Source: a virus (taxonomy: Duplodnaviria; Caudoviricetes). From it: 39,241 nucleotides of DNA. Shown piece by piece: positions 1 to 8,255 of this stretch. Positions within the stretch are counted from its first letter, which is position 1; each line of letters starts with the position of its first letter. The DNA lies in the IMG/VR virus record IMGVR_UViG_3300028585_000507, positions 1 to 39,241 of that record; one strand, given 5' to 3'. Both the position numbers and the translations under genes were made by a program. The notes under the pieces were generated by a model, which worked only from the letters and a program-made list of their open reading frames with translations, was not told where the DNA came from and did no database searches.

Positions 1-1149
1 TTATCGGGAAGCCAATACCCGCCGTCTCGGTGAGGGTTTCGGACCTGTGTGGGCATCGCGAAAGGCGCATGAAATGCGACGGATCTTATCGTTAAATTTA
101 GCGGCGGGCGCAGCGTTGTGCTGCTCTGCCCTTAGCATGGCCTCCCGGACGTCGTCTTCCACCGCGTGCGCATAGCGCGCCGTCGTCGTTATAGTCGTAT
201 GGCCCAACAGCTTTTGCGCGGCTTTCATGTTGCCGGTCGCGCGTAGGACGCGGGTGCCGGCGGTGTGACGGAGATCGTGAAAACGGAAATCGTCGATACC
301 GGCGTCTTCGAGCGCCTTGCGCCATTTGCGCGTCCAGCCCTGTAGCGAGAATGGATACCGCTCGCCCTTGCGTCGCGCCGGCCGATCGCCGCGAGGCGGT
401 GCCGGCCGTTCGCAGACATAGGTGAAAACCTGCGGACAGATCTTCGGCTGGTTGGCGATCAGCGCCACCATGCGCGGCGTGAGCGGGAAGCTATGCCAGC
501 CGCCGCCCTTCACCCGGACGCTGGCCCGGCCGCCCACGAGATCCACCTTGGACCATAGCATGGTGACGATCGATGTCCGCCGCTGGCCCGACAGGATCGC
601 AAATTCCACGATGTTCGCGAGGTCGTCTGGCAGCTGGGCGAAGAGGTCGGTTTCCTCGGTGCTGGTCAGTTCGCGCACGCGCTCGCCCTGCTCTTTCAGC
701 ATCAGCTTTCCCCACGCGACCGGCGCAACGTCGTAGCCGCGTTCCTCGGCATAGCGCCAAACGCGTCGGGCCAGTTCGGTTTCGCGGTTGACGCTGGAGT
801 TTGCGACCTTGGCGCGGCGGCGCGCCACCATCTTGTCGACGTCGAGGAAGGCGATGTCGCCGAGCAGCTTCGATTTGCCCAGTCCGTCGATCAGGTTCGC
901 CAGCTGATAGCGCGACGTGCTGGCGCTCGACTGATGCTTTCCCTTGCCTTCCCACCATAGGCCGCAGGCTTCGTCGACCGTGATCGCGGGCTTCGTGCCT
1001 TCCCCTAGCGCGAGCTTCCGGCGCTGGTCGGCTTCGTACCTCTCGGCGTCGCGCTTCGACGTGCAGCCTGTAGATCCGTGAACGCGACGACCTTTCGACT
1101 GGAAATCGAACTGCCAGTACGGCGATTTCGGCGTTCGGTAGACAGACAC
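1..1149 (-). CDS. int: Tyrosine recombinase (phage integrase)
   Basis: Catalytic motifs SGQRR, FRFHDLRHT, LLGHTTITTTARYAH; N-terminal arm-binding-like segment. Confidence 0.95.
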   Translation of the reverse strand: MSVYRTPKSPYWQFDFQSKGRRVHGSTGCTSKRDAERYEADQRRKLALGEGTKPAITVDEACGLWWEGKGKHQSSASTSRYQLANLIDGLGKSKLLGDIAFLDVDKMVARRRAKVANSSVNRETELARRVWRYAEERGYDVAPVAWGKLMLKEQGERVRELTSTEETDLFAQLPDDLANIVEFAILSGQRRTSIVTMLWSKVDLVGGRASVRVKGGGWHSFPLTPRMVALIANQPKICPQVFTYVCERPAPPRGDRPARRKGERYPFSLQGWTRKWRKALEDAGIDDFRFHDLRHTAGTRVLRATGNMKAAQKLLGHTTITTTARYAHAVEDDVREAMLRAEQHNAAPAAKFNDKIRRISCAFRDAHTGPKPSPRRRVLASR

Positions 1150-1331
1150 GGTTCATCCTTTCGCAGCCGGCTTTCGACGAAATCGTCGCAGTCTTCCGGC
1201 CGGTACATGATCTTGCGATCGGTAATCGCGACATAGCGAATGTCGCCGTTCTTTCGTGCCGCGCGCAAGACTTTCTCGCAGATATGCAAGCGCGCGGCGG
1301 CCTCGGCTGAGGTGAGCAGGATTGCGGTCAT
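1005..1331 (-). CDS. Excisionase-like helix-turn-helix protein
   Basis: LLTSAEAAARLHI...GDIRY...IMYRPEDCDDFVE pattern; immediately upstream of int and overlapping it. Confidence 0.75.
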   Translation of the reverse strand: MTAILLTSAEAAARLHICEKVLRAARKNGDIRYVAITDRKIMYRPEDCDDFVESRLRKDEPCLSTERRNRRTGSSISSRKVVAFTDLQAARRSATPRGTKPTSAGSSR

Positions 1332-1870
1332 GCGGCCTTCACCTGATCGGGGGCGGTCTGTTCGTCGCGCAGCTGGGCATTGATGGAACAGACGATCCGG
1401 AGATCACCGCCCGACCGTTCCTCCCACCACAGCATCGCCGTCACGGCCGCTGCATAGTCGAGCGCGCGCACCCAGCTTTCGGCCGTCGCGGACATGGTCT
1501 GCCCCTGATAATGATCCATGATCAGGCGGTCGCGGTCCGGCAGCGGTGCCTTCGCCGACAACACGCCACGCAGGGCGGTGCCGGCCTTGTCCGCCAGCAC
1601 ATTGGCCCGGTCGCGCGCCATGGTCAGCGTCGCGATGCGGGCGGCGCGGCTGGGGCGGCCGGGGCCATCATCCGGCACGCGACCGTCCTTCGCGGCGCGC
1701 CAGTCATCGGCGATCGCGGCGATCGATGACAGCGCGGTTTCTGCCTCGGCGGTTGACATGCGGCCATCGGCGACGCGGGCCGGATAGGTCGCCGCGCGTT
1801 TCGCGTGAATGTCGGTCGCGACCTGAGCGAGGTATGCCCATTCGTGGCGAAGGCGAGGCCGGCCCGTCAT
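1328..1870 (-). CDS. Hypothetical phage early protein
   Basis: 180 aa; 4-nt overlaps with both neighbours. Confidence 0.7.
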   Translation of the reverse strand: MTGRPRLRHEWAYLAQVATDIHAKRAATYPARVADGRMSTAEAETALSSIAAIADDWRAAKDGRVPDDGPGRPSRAARIATLTMARDRANVLADKAGTALRGVLSAKAPLPDRDRLIMDHYQGQTMSATAESWVRALDYAAAVTAMLWWEERSGGDLRIVCSINAQLRDEQTAPDQVKAA

Positions 1871-2127
1871 GGCTTCGCGACATGATCGAACAGCGTGTCG
1901 ACAAGAACGTGCAGCGCCTGCCGTGGCGAAGTGGCGCGCTTGAGGCTGTTGGCGGTCGCGATGTTGACGGCTACGCTCATGAGTGCGATCACGGTGGCGT
2001 CGAGCGCGTCCGACTGCCGCATCCCGCCCGCGATCTCCGCCGCAGTCGCCTGCGTGACCATCTCCGCCAGTTCGACGCGTTGCCAGTTGACGATCCGTAG
2101 GACGTCGTCGTTGATGTCGGGCGTCAC
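1867..2127 (-). CDS. Hypothetical protein (probable paralogue of 2124-2426)
   Basis: GTG start at 2127 overlapping the upstream TGA (GTGA); 86 aa. Confidence 0.65.
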   Translation of the reverse strand: MTPDINDDVLRIVNWQRVELAEMVTQATAAEIAGGMRQSDALDATVIALMSVAVNIATANSLKRATSPRQALHVLVDTLFDHVAKP

Positions 2128-2426
2128 TGGACCGTCTCCCCGGCCTTGTTGATGCGGCCGGCGTGGTAGGCGATCAGCTGATCGAGCAGGTTGTCGACGG
2201 CGACGTGCAGCGTCTTGCGCACGCGTGGGCAGGTGCTGTCGTGGTCGGCGGTGGCGAAGGTGCACGCCATGGCGATCAGGCCGAAGGTGATGCCATCGCA
2301 GACGACACCGGTCGGGACGCCTTCCGCCGCTTTTTTGTCAGCGATCGGACCCAGCAGTTCACCGATTTGCACGCGGACATCCTCCGCGATCACGCTGGCC
2401 ATCGTATCGGCTTCGGTGACGTTCAT
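2124..2426 (-). CDS. Hypothetical protein
   Basis: 100 aa; coupled overlaps with both neighbours. Confidence 0.7.
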   Translation of the reverse strand: MNVTEADTMASVIAEDVRVQIGELLGPIADKKAAEGVPTGVVCDGITFGLIAMACTFATADHDSTCPRVRKTLHVAVDNLLDQLIAYHAGRINKAGETVQ

Positions 2427-2563
2427 GCGAAAACTCCCATCAACATGATGATCGCCAGCGCGACGCAGACGGCGCGCGTGGTCGACGAGTGGGGGACGGC
2501 GGCCGGGCGGTCGCTGTCGACGGCGCGGTGGTAGGCCGCGCAGGGGACGTCGCCGGGGATCAT
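2423..2563 (-). CDS. Small protein with C-terminal hydrophobic helix
   Basis: MIPGDV...AVCVALAIIMLMGVFA; ATGA overlaps on both sides. Confidence 0.55.
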   Translation of the reverse strand: MIPGDVPCAAYHRAVDSDRPAAVPHSSTTRAVCVALAIIMLMGVFA

Positions 2564-2910
2564 GGACGCGCGCCCTTCAATCGGGTCAGCACGTCGTCGC
2601 CGATCGCCTTCGCCTCCGCTTCCAGCCGATCCGCCATGCGGCAGAGGCTGGCTGCGAGAGTCCGCGCTTCGTCGGGGCCGGGCGTGAAGAGCAGCCCGAT
2701 CCCTTCGCCGGCATTGTCCCACCCATCTTCGAGCAGTTCTTCCGCGCCCATCATGACGTTGATGGCGATGCGGCCGTTACCGTTGGTCTCGATCCGGCCG
2801 ATCCGCATCGCGCGACCGTGATAGACGGTGACCTTCCCGAGATCGGGGTGACGGACCTCGTGCGGCGGGACGCGGACTTGCGTTTCCATCTCGTGGTTGG
2901 CGCAATCCAT
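2560..2910 (-). CDS. Hypothetical phage protein
   Basis: MDCANHEMET start coupled (TGATG) to the upstream stop; 116 aa. Confidence 0.65.
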   Translation of the reverse strand: MDCANHEMETQVRVPPHEVRHPDLGKVTVYHGRAMRIGRIETNGNGRIAINVMMGAEELLEDGWDNAGEGIGLLFTPGPDEARTLAASLCRMADRLEAEAKAIGDDVLTRLKGARP

Positions 2911-3731
2911 CAAGAATCCCCCAACTCGAAGTCGAGACGCGCGGGGTCGATTTCGGCCCATGTCATCCGCACGGCGGTGTCTGTATCTACGAGCATTTCG
3001 GCTGGGTACGTTTGTTGCTCGCGGTTCTGTCCAATCCGCGCACAGAACGCGGCGTGTTCTTCTGCGCGACGTGCGTTTACGTCCGCAAATGATCGCCGCC
3101 ACATCCAGTAGGAGCCGGGCGTGCAAGATGTCGCCGCCCACTGATGACGGCGGAGATAATCGTTTTTCAGTGTCTCCACTTCGCACTCGGCTGCGTTGAT
3201 GGTGTAGTAGATTGCATTGGGCTTCGTGCCATCCGCGACGGGCTGGTTGCCGAGAATGCCGTCGATAGGTCGGACGAGTAAGTCTTCGCGCGCATCCTTG
3301 TCGGCGACGCCGCCCCAAAACGTTTCTCCGCTGTCAGCGACATAGACGTCGGAATAGCGGCCTACGGTCCACCTGATTTCACTGCCGGGGCAGTCAACAG
3401 GACCGATCGTTTCCATGCCTCCATATTCGGTTTTGAGGCCGAGACAGCCATCGAACATGAACAGACCCGGCGGACAGTCGCCTAAGCGGACCGTCTCCCG
3501 CAGCCCCTCCGGGGCGGGCGTGGGGGTGGCGAGAAGCAGGGTGTCCAGCGCGGCCAGCACTGGATTGAGCGACGACAGCGCGACATCGTAGGGATAGCCC
3601 GGAATATGGCTGTTGATAGCCTTTTCGGCTTCGATGTCTTTATAGGCGCGCCGGGCTATGCCTTGCGCCTCGATCAAGCCGCCGCGTGGTGTGTGCCAAG
3701 GCTCTACCGCCGTGGGGGTCTGTTCGCTCAT
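2910..3731 (-). CDS. Hypothetical, apparently mosaic phage early protein
   Basis: MSEQTPT start with ATGA overlap; 273 aa. Confidence 0.65.
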   Translation of the reverse strand: MSEQTPTAVEPWHTPRGGLIEAQGIARRAYKDIEAEKAINSHIPGYPYDVALSSLNPVLAALDTLLLATPTPAPEGLRETVRLGDCPPGLFMFDGCLGLKTEYGGMETIGPVDCPGSEIRWTVGRYSDVYVADSGETFWGGVADKDAREDLLVRPIDGILGNQPVADGTKPNAIYYTINAAECEVETLKNDYLRRHQWAATSCTPGSYWMWRRSFADVNARRAEEHAAFCARIGQNREQQTYPAEMLVDTDTAVRMTWAEIDPARLDFELGDS

Positions 3732-3931
3732 GATGCTGCACCCTGAAAACCGGCGACGATGCGTCCGAGAAACTGGCCGACTGCTTCCGGATTGATGACA
3801 ACCCAAACGGTCGCGCCGATGCAGGCTGTCAGCCACAGGAGCCAGATCACGAAGAAGGCGCGCGCCCTGCGACGGCCGGCGCGACGCATCCGATCGAACT
3901 CGCGATCGAAATCGTTGGACCGGTTCTTCAC
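3728..3931 (-). CDS. Small membrane protein
   Basis: Basic N-terminus, then AFFVIWLLWLTACIGATVWVVI transmembrane helix; coupled overlaps. Confidence 0.7.
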   Translation of the reverse strand: MKNRSNDFDREFDRMRRAGRRRARAFFVIWLLWLTACIGATVWVVINPEAVGQFLGRIVAGFQGAAS

Positions 3932-4374
3932 GACAGCTCCCCGATCAAGGTCAGGTGCCAGACGGTGAAGCGCACCCGGCGGTTGCGGATCAAACCGGGG
4001 CGGCTTGCGCCGGAGGACAGATAGCCCGCGTCTGCTAGTGCGGCGGTGAAGGCGCGGCGGGTGCCGGTGACGGCGCGGTCATAGCCCTGTCGTTCCAGCC
4101 AGCAGGCATAGTCCACGAACAGGTCGGTTTCGTCCGAGCGGCAGAACGGCGTCGGTTCGGGCGTGATGCGTTCGGCGACCCACTCGGCGAACAGGCCGGC
4201 GCCGGTTGCCGGCGAGAGATCGCCCAGATCGACGCGAGCGGAAATGCCGAGGCCGAAAATCAGTGCTTGGCCGTCGTCCGTGCGCTGGTGGATCGTGACC
4301 GGGTTGCCCTGCCACAGGGCCGCTGCGCCTGCGTAGGGGAAATCGGGTGCGGGGGTGTCGGCGTATGCGAGCAT
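3928..4374 (-). CDS. First gene of leftward operon; C-terminal half resembles a D5-primase winged helix
   Basis: GGAGGG RBS before ATG 4374; FAEWVAERI...DLFVDYACWLERQG...RRAFTAALADAGY. Confidence 0.65.
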   Translation of the reverse strand: MLAYADTPAPDFPYAGAAALWQGNPVTIHQRTDDGQALIFGLGISARVDLGDLSPATGAGLFAEWVAERITPEPTPFCRSDETDLFVDYACWLERQGYDRAVTGTRRAFTAALADAGYLSSGASRPGLIRNRRVRFTVWHLTLIGELS

Positions 4375-4401
4375 GGTGCCCTCCGGTTGGTGACCGGACG
4401 C

Positions 4402-4455
4402 ATTTGGCTGATACAGCCAAACTCTGTCAATCAAAGAATTGGCTGGTTTGGCCAA
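4402..4455 (-). promoter_or_regulatory. pL-like promoter with two operators (OL)
   Basis: Minus-strand TTGACA at 4430-4425 flanked by TTGGCTG-ATA-CAGCCAA (4404-4420) and TTGGCTG-GTT-TGGCCAA (4439-4455). Confidence 0.8.
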
Positions 4456-4490
4456 TTCAAATTTGCCGTTGACCCACGTCGCGTTAATCT

Positions 4491-4505
4491 GTTCTAGCTA
4501 TGTTC
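4491..4505 (+). promoter_or_regulatory. Alphaproteobacterial LexA (SOS) box
   Basis: GTTC-TAGCTAT-GTTC, an exact GTTC-N7-GTTC match, downstream of TTGACC (4469-4474) and upstream of the 4524 ORF. Confidence 0.75.
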
Positions 4506-4523
4506 TCATTTTGGGATGTTGCA

Positions 4524-4748
4524 ATGGCTCATAACGGTTTGGTGCGTAGGTCAATCGCGGCTGCTGGCGGCCACCGAAAGCCTATAGGATACGTATTCAT
4601 GATCGGAATGCGGCCGGCAGGTCCGATGCGCGCGACTAGGGACGAGGCCATGAAGGATGCCGTTCAAGCGGAAGAAGCGTGGGTCGATCCACGGTACAAC
4701 GCGATCTTCACTGCGCCACTTACATGGGTCGCAGATATTTGGCCGTGA
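4524..4748 (+). CDS. Small hypothetical protein, putatively SOS-inducible
   Basis: MAHNGL...WVADIWP, 74 aa; GGGA upstream; convergent with cI. Confidence 0.6.
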   Translation: MAHNGLVRRSIAAAGGHRKPIGYVFMIGMRPAGPMRATRDEAMKDAVQAEEAWVDPRYNAIFTAPLTWVADIWP

Positions 4749-4751
4749 AAA

Positions 4752-5369
4752 TTAGAGGTCTGATTGCTGTCCTACAACGCGCCCAAGCGTCGTGAGCGGC
4801 TCGGCTCCGACCGGGATGGGCTTGTGTTTCGGATTGGTAGAGCATGGCTCAAACCTCATCGGGTTTGTTCGGAATTGCTTGAAGGTCGTGTCTCCGTCCG
4901 GCCGCATCATCGCGTAGTATTTTCCGTCCCGCATCTCGCGGTCGTCCGGGTCCACGAAGATCTTTCCCCCAGCGGGTACGATGCGATCCATGCTGTCACC
5001 TTCCGGCTGAAGAGCAAACGTGTTTGGCCCACCGACGGTGCATGGAATCAACTCGATCGGGTCCTCCATCGCAGATTGCCAGTCGCCTGCAGCGATTTTA
5101 CCGATGAGCGGAACGCGACGCGCCGGATCGAAGCGGCGATCGGAGATCAGGTCTTCCGGTGGCACCCCTAGGCCAGCAGCGACCCGATCCATCCAACTTT
5201 TTGTTAGGTTAATTCCGCCTCGCTCCAGTTTTCCAATCGACGAAAGGTCGGTGGATTGACCGGCCTTCGGATGGGGAACGAGCGCAGCTAACTGCTCCAG
5301 CGTAAGCCCGCGGGACTGGCGGAGTTCGCGAATACGGTTTGGTGCTCGTGGGGTTCGTTCGGTAGCCAT
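4752..5369 (-). CDS. cI: CI-like repressor (HTH plus S24 autopeptidase)
   Basis: NRIRELRQSRGLTLEQLA HTH; IAAG cleavage site; GDSM catalytic Ser; TFK catalytic Lys. Confidence 0.92.
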   Translation of the reverse strand: MATERTPRAPNRIRELRQSRGLTLEQLAALVPHPKAGQSTDLSSIGKLERGGINLTKSWMDRVAAGLGVPPEDLISDRRFDPARRVPLIGKIAAGDWQSAMEDPIELIPCTVGGPNTFALQPEGDSMDRIVPAGGKIFVDPDDREMRDGKYYAMMRPDGDTTFKQFRTNPMRFEPCSTNPKHKPIPVGAEPLTTLGRVVGQQSDL

Positions 5370-5375
5370 CCGCGT

Positions 5376-5455
5376 GTTGTAGCTGGATCGGCCAAAAGCC
5401 GTCTTGGCCGTTCCGGCCTTTTTCGCTTGACACCAGTTGGCTGGATCAGCCAATT
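5376..5455. promoter_or_regulatory. OR region: three operators with pR- and pRM-like promoters
   Basis: Operators at 5379-5395, 5404-5420 and 5437-5453 (consensus TTGGCTG-N3-CAGCCAA); TTGACA at 5427-5432; minus-strand GCTACAAC -10-like element at 5383-5376. Confidence 0.8.
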
Positions 5456-5463
5456 CAAGCCGC

Positions 5464-5760
5464 ATGACGCTCAGAGATTATCTGGATCGAGAGGTCCTCA
5501 CATACGCCGCCTTCGCTCGCTCGATAGGCAGTCAGCATGCGCGGACCGTTCAGCGCTACGCTGAGGGTCATCAAGTGCCCAACCCTACCATGATGCGCCG
5601 CATCGCGAACGTCACCGATGGGGCGGTGACGCCGAACGACTTTTATGGGCTGGGCGTGGCTGAGACAGATCATGCCGACGCCAATACCGACCCCGAAACG
5701 ATCACGGCACCCGGCAAATGCCGCGATCTTGCCGCCCTTCATGCGGAGGCGCAGTCATGA
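5464..5760 (+). CDS. cro: Cro-like HTH regulator
   Basis: MTLRDYL...YAAFARSIG...TVQRYAEG...P...VTDGAVTPNDFY; divergent from cI. Confidence 0.85.
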   Translation: MTLRDYLDREVLTYAAFARSIGSQHARTVQRYAEGHQVPNPTMMRRIANVTDGAVTPNDFYGLGVAETDHADANTDPETITAPGKCRDLAALHAEAQS

Positions 5761-5927
5761 TCGAGATCCTGCTGTTCACGCTTTCGGCGCTGGCTGTTGC
5801 GCTCGCGCTCAGCGCGGCACTTGCCGGCCTTCCTCTGCTTCTCCGCCTGCGGCGCTTGCTACGCGAGGATGCCCGCCGCGATGCGATCTCCGAGCGCTGG
5901 TCCATGTATGAAGGGAGTGACGCGTGA
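5757..5927 (+). CDS. Small membrane protein
   Basis: Hydrophobic N-terminus MIEILLFTLSALAVALALSAALAGL; ATGA overlap with cro. Confidence 0.55.
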   Translation: MIEILLFTLSALAVALALSAALAGLPLLLRLRRLLREDARRDAISERWSMYEGSDA

Positions 5928-6136
5928 TGTTCGGTCCTGCCGATGTGCGATTGGTGCGCCCCAGTGAAGGGTTTGCAGATCTTTCGAAAGCAACATTCAA
6001 GTTGTTGACGAACGAACCACTCAAATCCGTTGCTCTCGTTACGCTTAACAACAACGCAGAACCGGCGGGGTCTACGGACTGGCCTAGCATTAAGCTCGCT
6101 TCCTATCACCCTCAAATCGGGACCGCCTCGGAATGA
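5924..6136 (+). CDS. Hypothetical protein
   Basis: 70 aa; coupled to both neighbours; AT-richer than its flanks. Confidence 0.45.
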   Translation: MMFGPADVRLVRPSEGFADLSKATFKLLTNEPLKSVALVTLNNNAEPAGSTDWPSIKLASYHPQIGTASE

Positions 6137-6609
6137 CCGGGCTGTCCCCCATCCTGCAAGGCCTGCGCGGTGCCGCGCGCGCGCTGGTGCGTGCGGTCGG
6201 CGGGCAGGAAGCCGCTGCCGCAACCAGTACGCGGGTGAAACGGCACCAGACGTTCAGCGACTTCGTAAATCCGAACGGCACCGCATGGATGCCGATTGAT
6301 GCCGTGGTCGAACTGGAGGCGGTGACGCGCGACACGCCGTCATGGCCGCAGGTCACCCGCTATCTCGCGCAGCAGACCGGCCATGTGCTGGTGCGGCTGC
6401 CTGACATCACCACCGCCGATCTGGGCGACGTGCGCGAGGCGATTGCGCGCCATGCCAAGGAAAGCGGCGAAGCGACGGCAAAGGCCATCGCCTGCCTGTT
6501 CGAACCCAACCGCGACGGTCGCGCGTGCGCGCTTCGCGAGATGGATGAAGCGATCGAGTGGGCCGTGATCACGCGCGCGCTGATCGAGCAGCTGGGGGAC
6601 GACGCATGA
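6133..6609 (+). CDS. CII (CP76)-like phage regulatory protein
   Basis: LVRAVGGQEAAA...NPN...MPIDAVVELE...LAQQTGHVLVRLP pattern; position after cro. Confidence 0.7.
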   Translation: MTGLSPILQGLRGAARALVRAVGGQEAAAATSTRVKRHQTFSDFVNPNGTAWMPIDAVVELEAVTRDTPSWPQVTRYLAQQTGHVLVRLPDITTADLGDVREAIARHAKESGEATAKAIACLFEPNRDGRACALREMDEAIEWAVITRALIEQLGDDA

Positions 6610-6923
6610 CCCAGTTCGATGTCTGCTCCCGTTGCAGCGCTGGCGTGCTGATCGCCGAAGGCACCTGTCTTCGGTGCGGGGCCGGCCTGCCCGTCCCGGC
6701 AACCGACCCTATCGAGATGCACCCGCAATGCGCGCTGGGCGAAGTGTCCTTTGGCCCGCGGTGGACGGTGCGCGCGCCGGAGGCCGCGGGACTGCCGTTC
6801 CGGTTGGAAAGCGACGGGATCGCGATCGCGCTGGACGTCGCCTATGCGGCCGAACTGCATGTGCAGCTGGGTGCGGCGTTGTCGGCCAATTCCGCGCTCC
6901 GCGCGGCGCAGGTGCGCGCATGA
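6606..6923 (+). CDS. Zn-ribbon hypothetical protein
   Basis: CSRC...CLRC pairs; ATGA overlaps. Confidence 0.6.
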   Translation: MTQFDVCSRCSAGVLIAEGTCLRCGAGLPVPATDPIEMHPQCALGEVSFGPRWTVRAPEAAGLPFRLESDGIAIALDVAYAAELHVQLGAALSANSALRAAQVRA

Positions 6924-7489
6924 CCGTGGCGGCGGCGATCGACGAACGGCGGGTCACCGAGCCGGCCGCCCGCGGGATCGTGGCACGGCCGGACCGGATC
7001 GCCGCCTGGATGCTGGTGGCGCGGCCGGGTGACGAATTCGTCTATGCGACGCGGCTACGCACGGCGGCCTTGCCGAAAGATTCGGCGGGTGCGGCGAAGA
7101 TGCGAGACCTGCACGCCGCCGGTCTGGTCATCCTGTTCCAACGCAACGCGGGCGACAGCGAAGGCCAGTGGCGCAACTATGTCGCGCGGCGGACGCAGGC
7201 GGCGGTTCCGCAACCCAAGACGGCGCTGGCGAAGGCCAGCACGGTCGGGGTCGGTCCGGCGGCGGTGGATGCGGTGCTGGCCATCCTGACGAAGCGGGCG
7301 CGACTGGGCCGGCCCTGCCCGTCCGAGACGATGCTGTCGTCGCTGACCGGGCTGGACGGTGCGGTGTGCGCGGCGGTGATGCGCGTGCTGGTCGAGGATG
7401 GAGCGATCCATGTCGAAACCGCGCCGGCCCCGACCGCGCGGTTCGTGACGATCCTCGCCACCGGCCAGCGGACGGGGGTGGCGAAGTGA
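6920..7489 (+). CDS. Hypothetical protein with probable C-terminal winged helix
   Basis: ATGA start overlap; CPSETMLSSLTG...LVEDGAIHVE. Confidence 0.65.
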   Translation: MTVAAAIDERRVTEPAARGIVARPDRIAAWMLVARPGDEFVYATRLRTAALPKDSAGAAKMRDLHAAGLVILFQRNAGDSEGQWRNYVARRTQAAVPQPKTALAKASTVGVGPAAVDAVLAILTKRARLGRPCPSETMLSSLTGLDGAVCAAVMRVLVEDGAIHVETAPAPTARFVTILATGQRTGVAK

Positions 7490-8061
7490 CGATGCGCGGC
7501 CACCCTTACAAGGCCGGCGAGGCCGGGCGTGGGTTGCGGACGCAGCCGGGTATCGGGGGCCTTTCACGAACAGCCCAAATTCAGTGTTCGGCCTGCCCCA
7601 AGCAAGGCGAACTGAAAATCCGGACTTTGTTCCCGCCTGAGCAAATCGACCAGAAATTCGCGCAATCGGGATGGTCGATCGACCCGCATGTCTGTCCTGA
7701 TTGCCGTTTGATACTTTCAAGGAAAAACAAAATGGCCGCACAGCCCAGTCCGAATGCCATGAAAACGCAAGCCGCGATGTTTCGCCTGCTTTCGAACCAT
7801 TTCGATGTCGACGCCGGGCGTTACGAAAAGGACTGGGGCGATGCGCGCATCGCCAAGGAAACCGGTCTGGCGGTCGCCTTGGTTGCCCAGTTCAGGGACG
7901 CGGGTTTCGGCGAAATCAAGGAGGCACCGGAGATTGCCGGGCTGCGGGCTGACGTCCGCGCGCTGGAGCAGCTCGCGCGCGAGCATCACGAGACGATCAA
8001 GAATGAAATCACCGCCTTGTCGTTTCGGATTGCGAAGGCGACGGGCGAGGGCGGCCACTAA
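7486..8061 (+). CDS. Zn-binding hypothetical protein with C-terminal coiled coil
   Basis: CSAC...CPDC; GTGA overlap (alternative ATG at 7492). Confidence 0.65.
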   Translation: MTMRGHPYKAGEAGRGLRTQPGIGGLSRTAQIQCSACPKQGELKIRTLFPPEQIDQKFAQSGWSIDPHVCPDCRLILSRKNKMAAQPSPNAMKTQAAMFRLLSNHFDVDAGRYEKDWGDARIAKETGLAVALVAQFRDAGFGEIKEAPEIAGLRADVRALEQLAREHHETIKNEITALSFRIAKATGEGGH

Positions 8062-8255
8062 TGGCGGTGCGTCCAGAGCGCTGTTCGTGCGGGCGAATGC
8101 CTGACGTTCGCGCCCGTGCTAGCGGGGGCGATGTGGCAACCAACGTCGTCTGCCCAAACCGCAGCTGCGGCGCGCAGGGTCCGGAAATCATCGATCAATG
8201 CCGCGACGATGTGGCGGCAATTTCGGCCTGGAACAGGGCCGGTGGGAGGAAGTAA
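8061..8255 (+). CDS. Lar-family restriction-alleviation-like Zn protein
   Basis: CSCG...[11 protein letters not shown]...AISAWNR signature. Confidence 0.7.
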   Translation: MAVRPERCSCGRMPDVRARASGGDVATNVVCPNRSCGAQGPEIIDQCRDDVAAISAWNRAGGRK

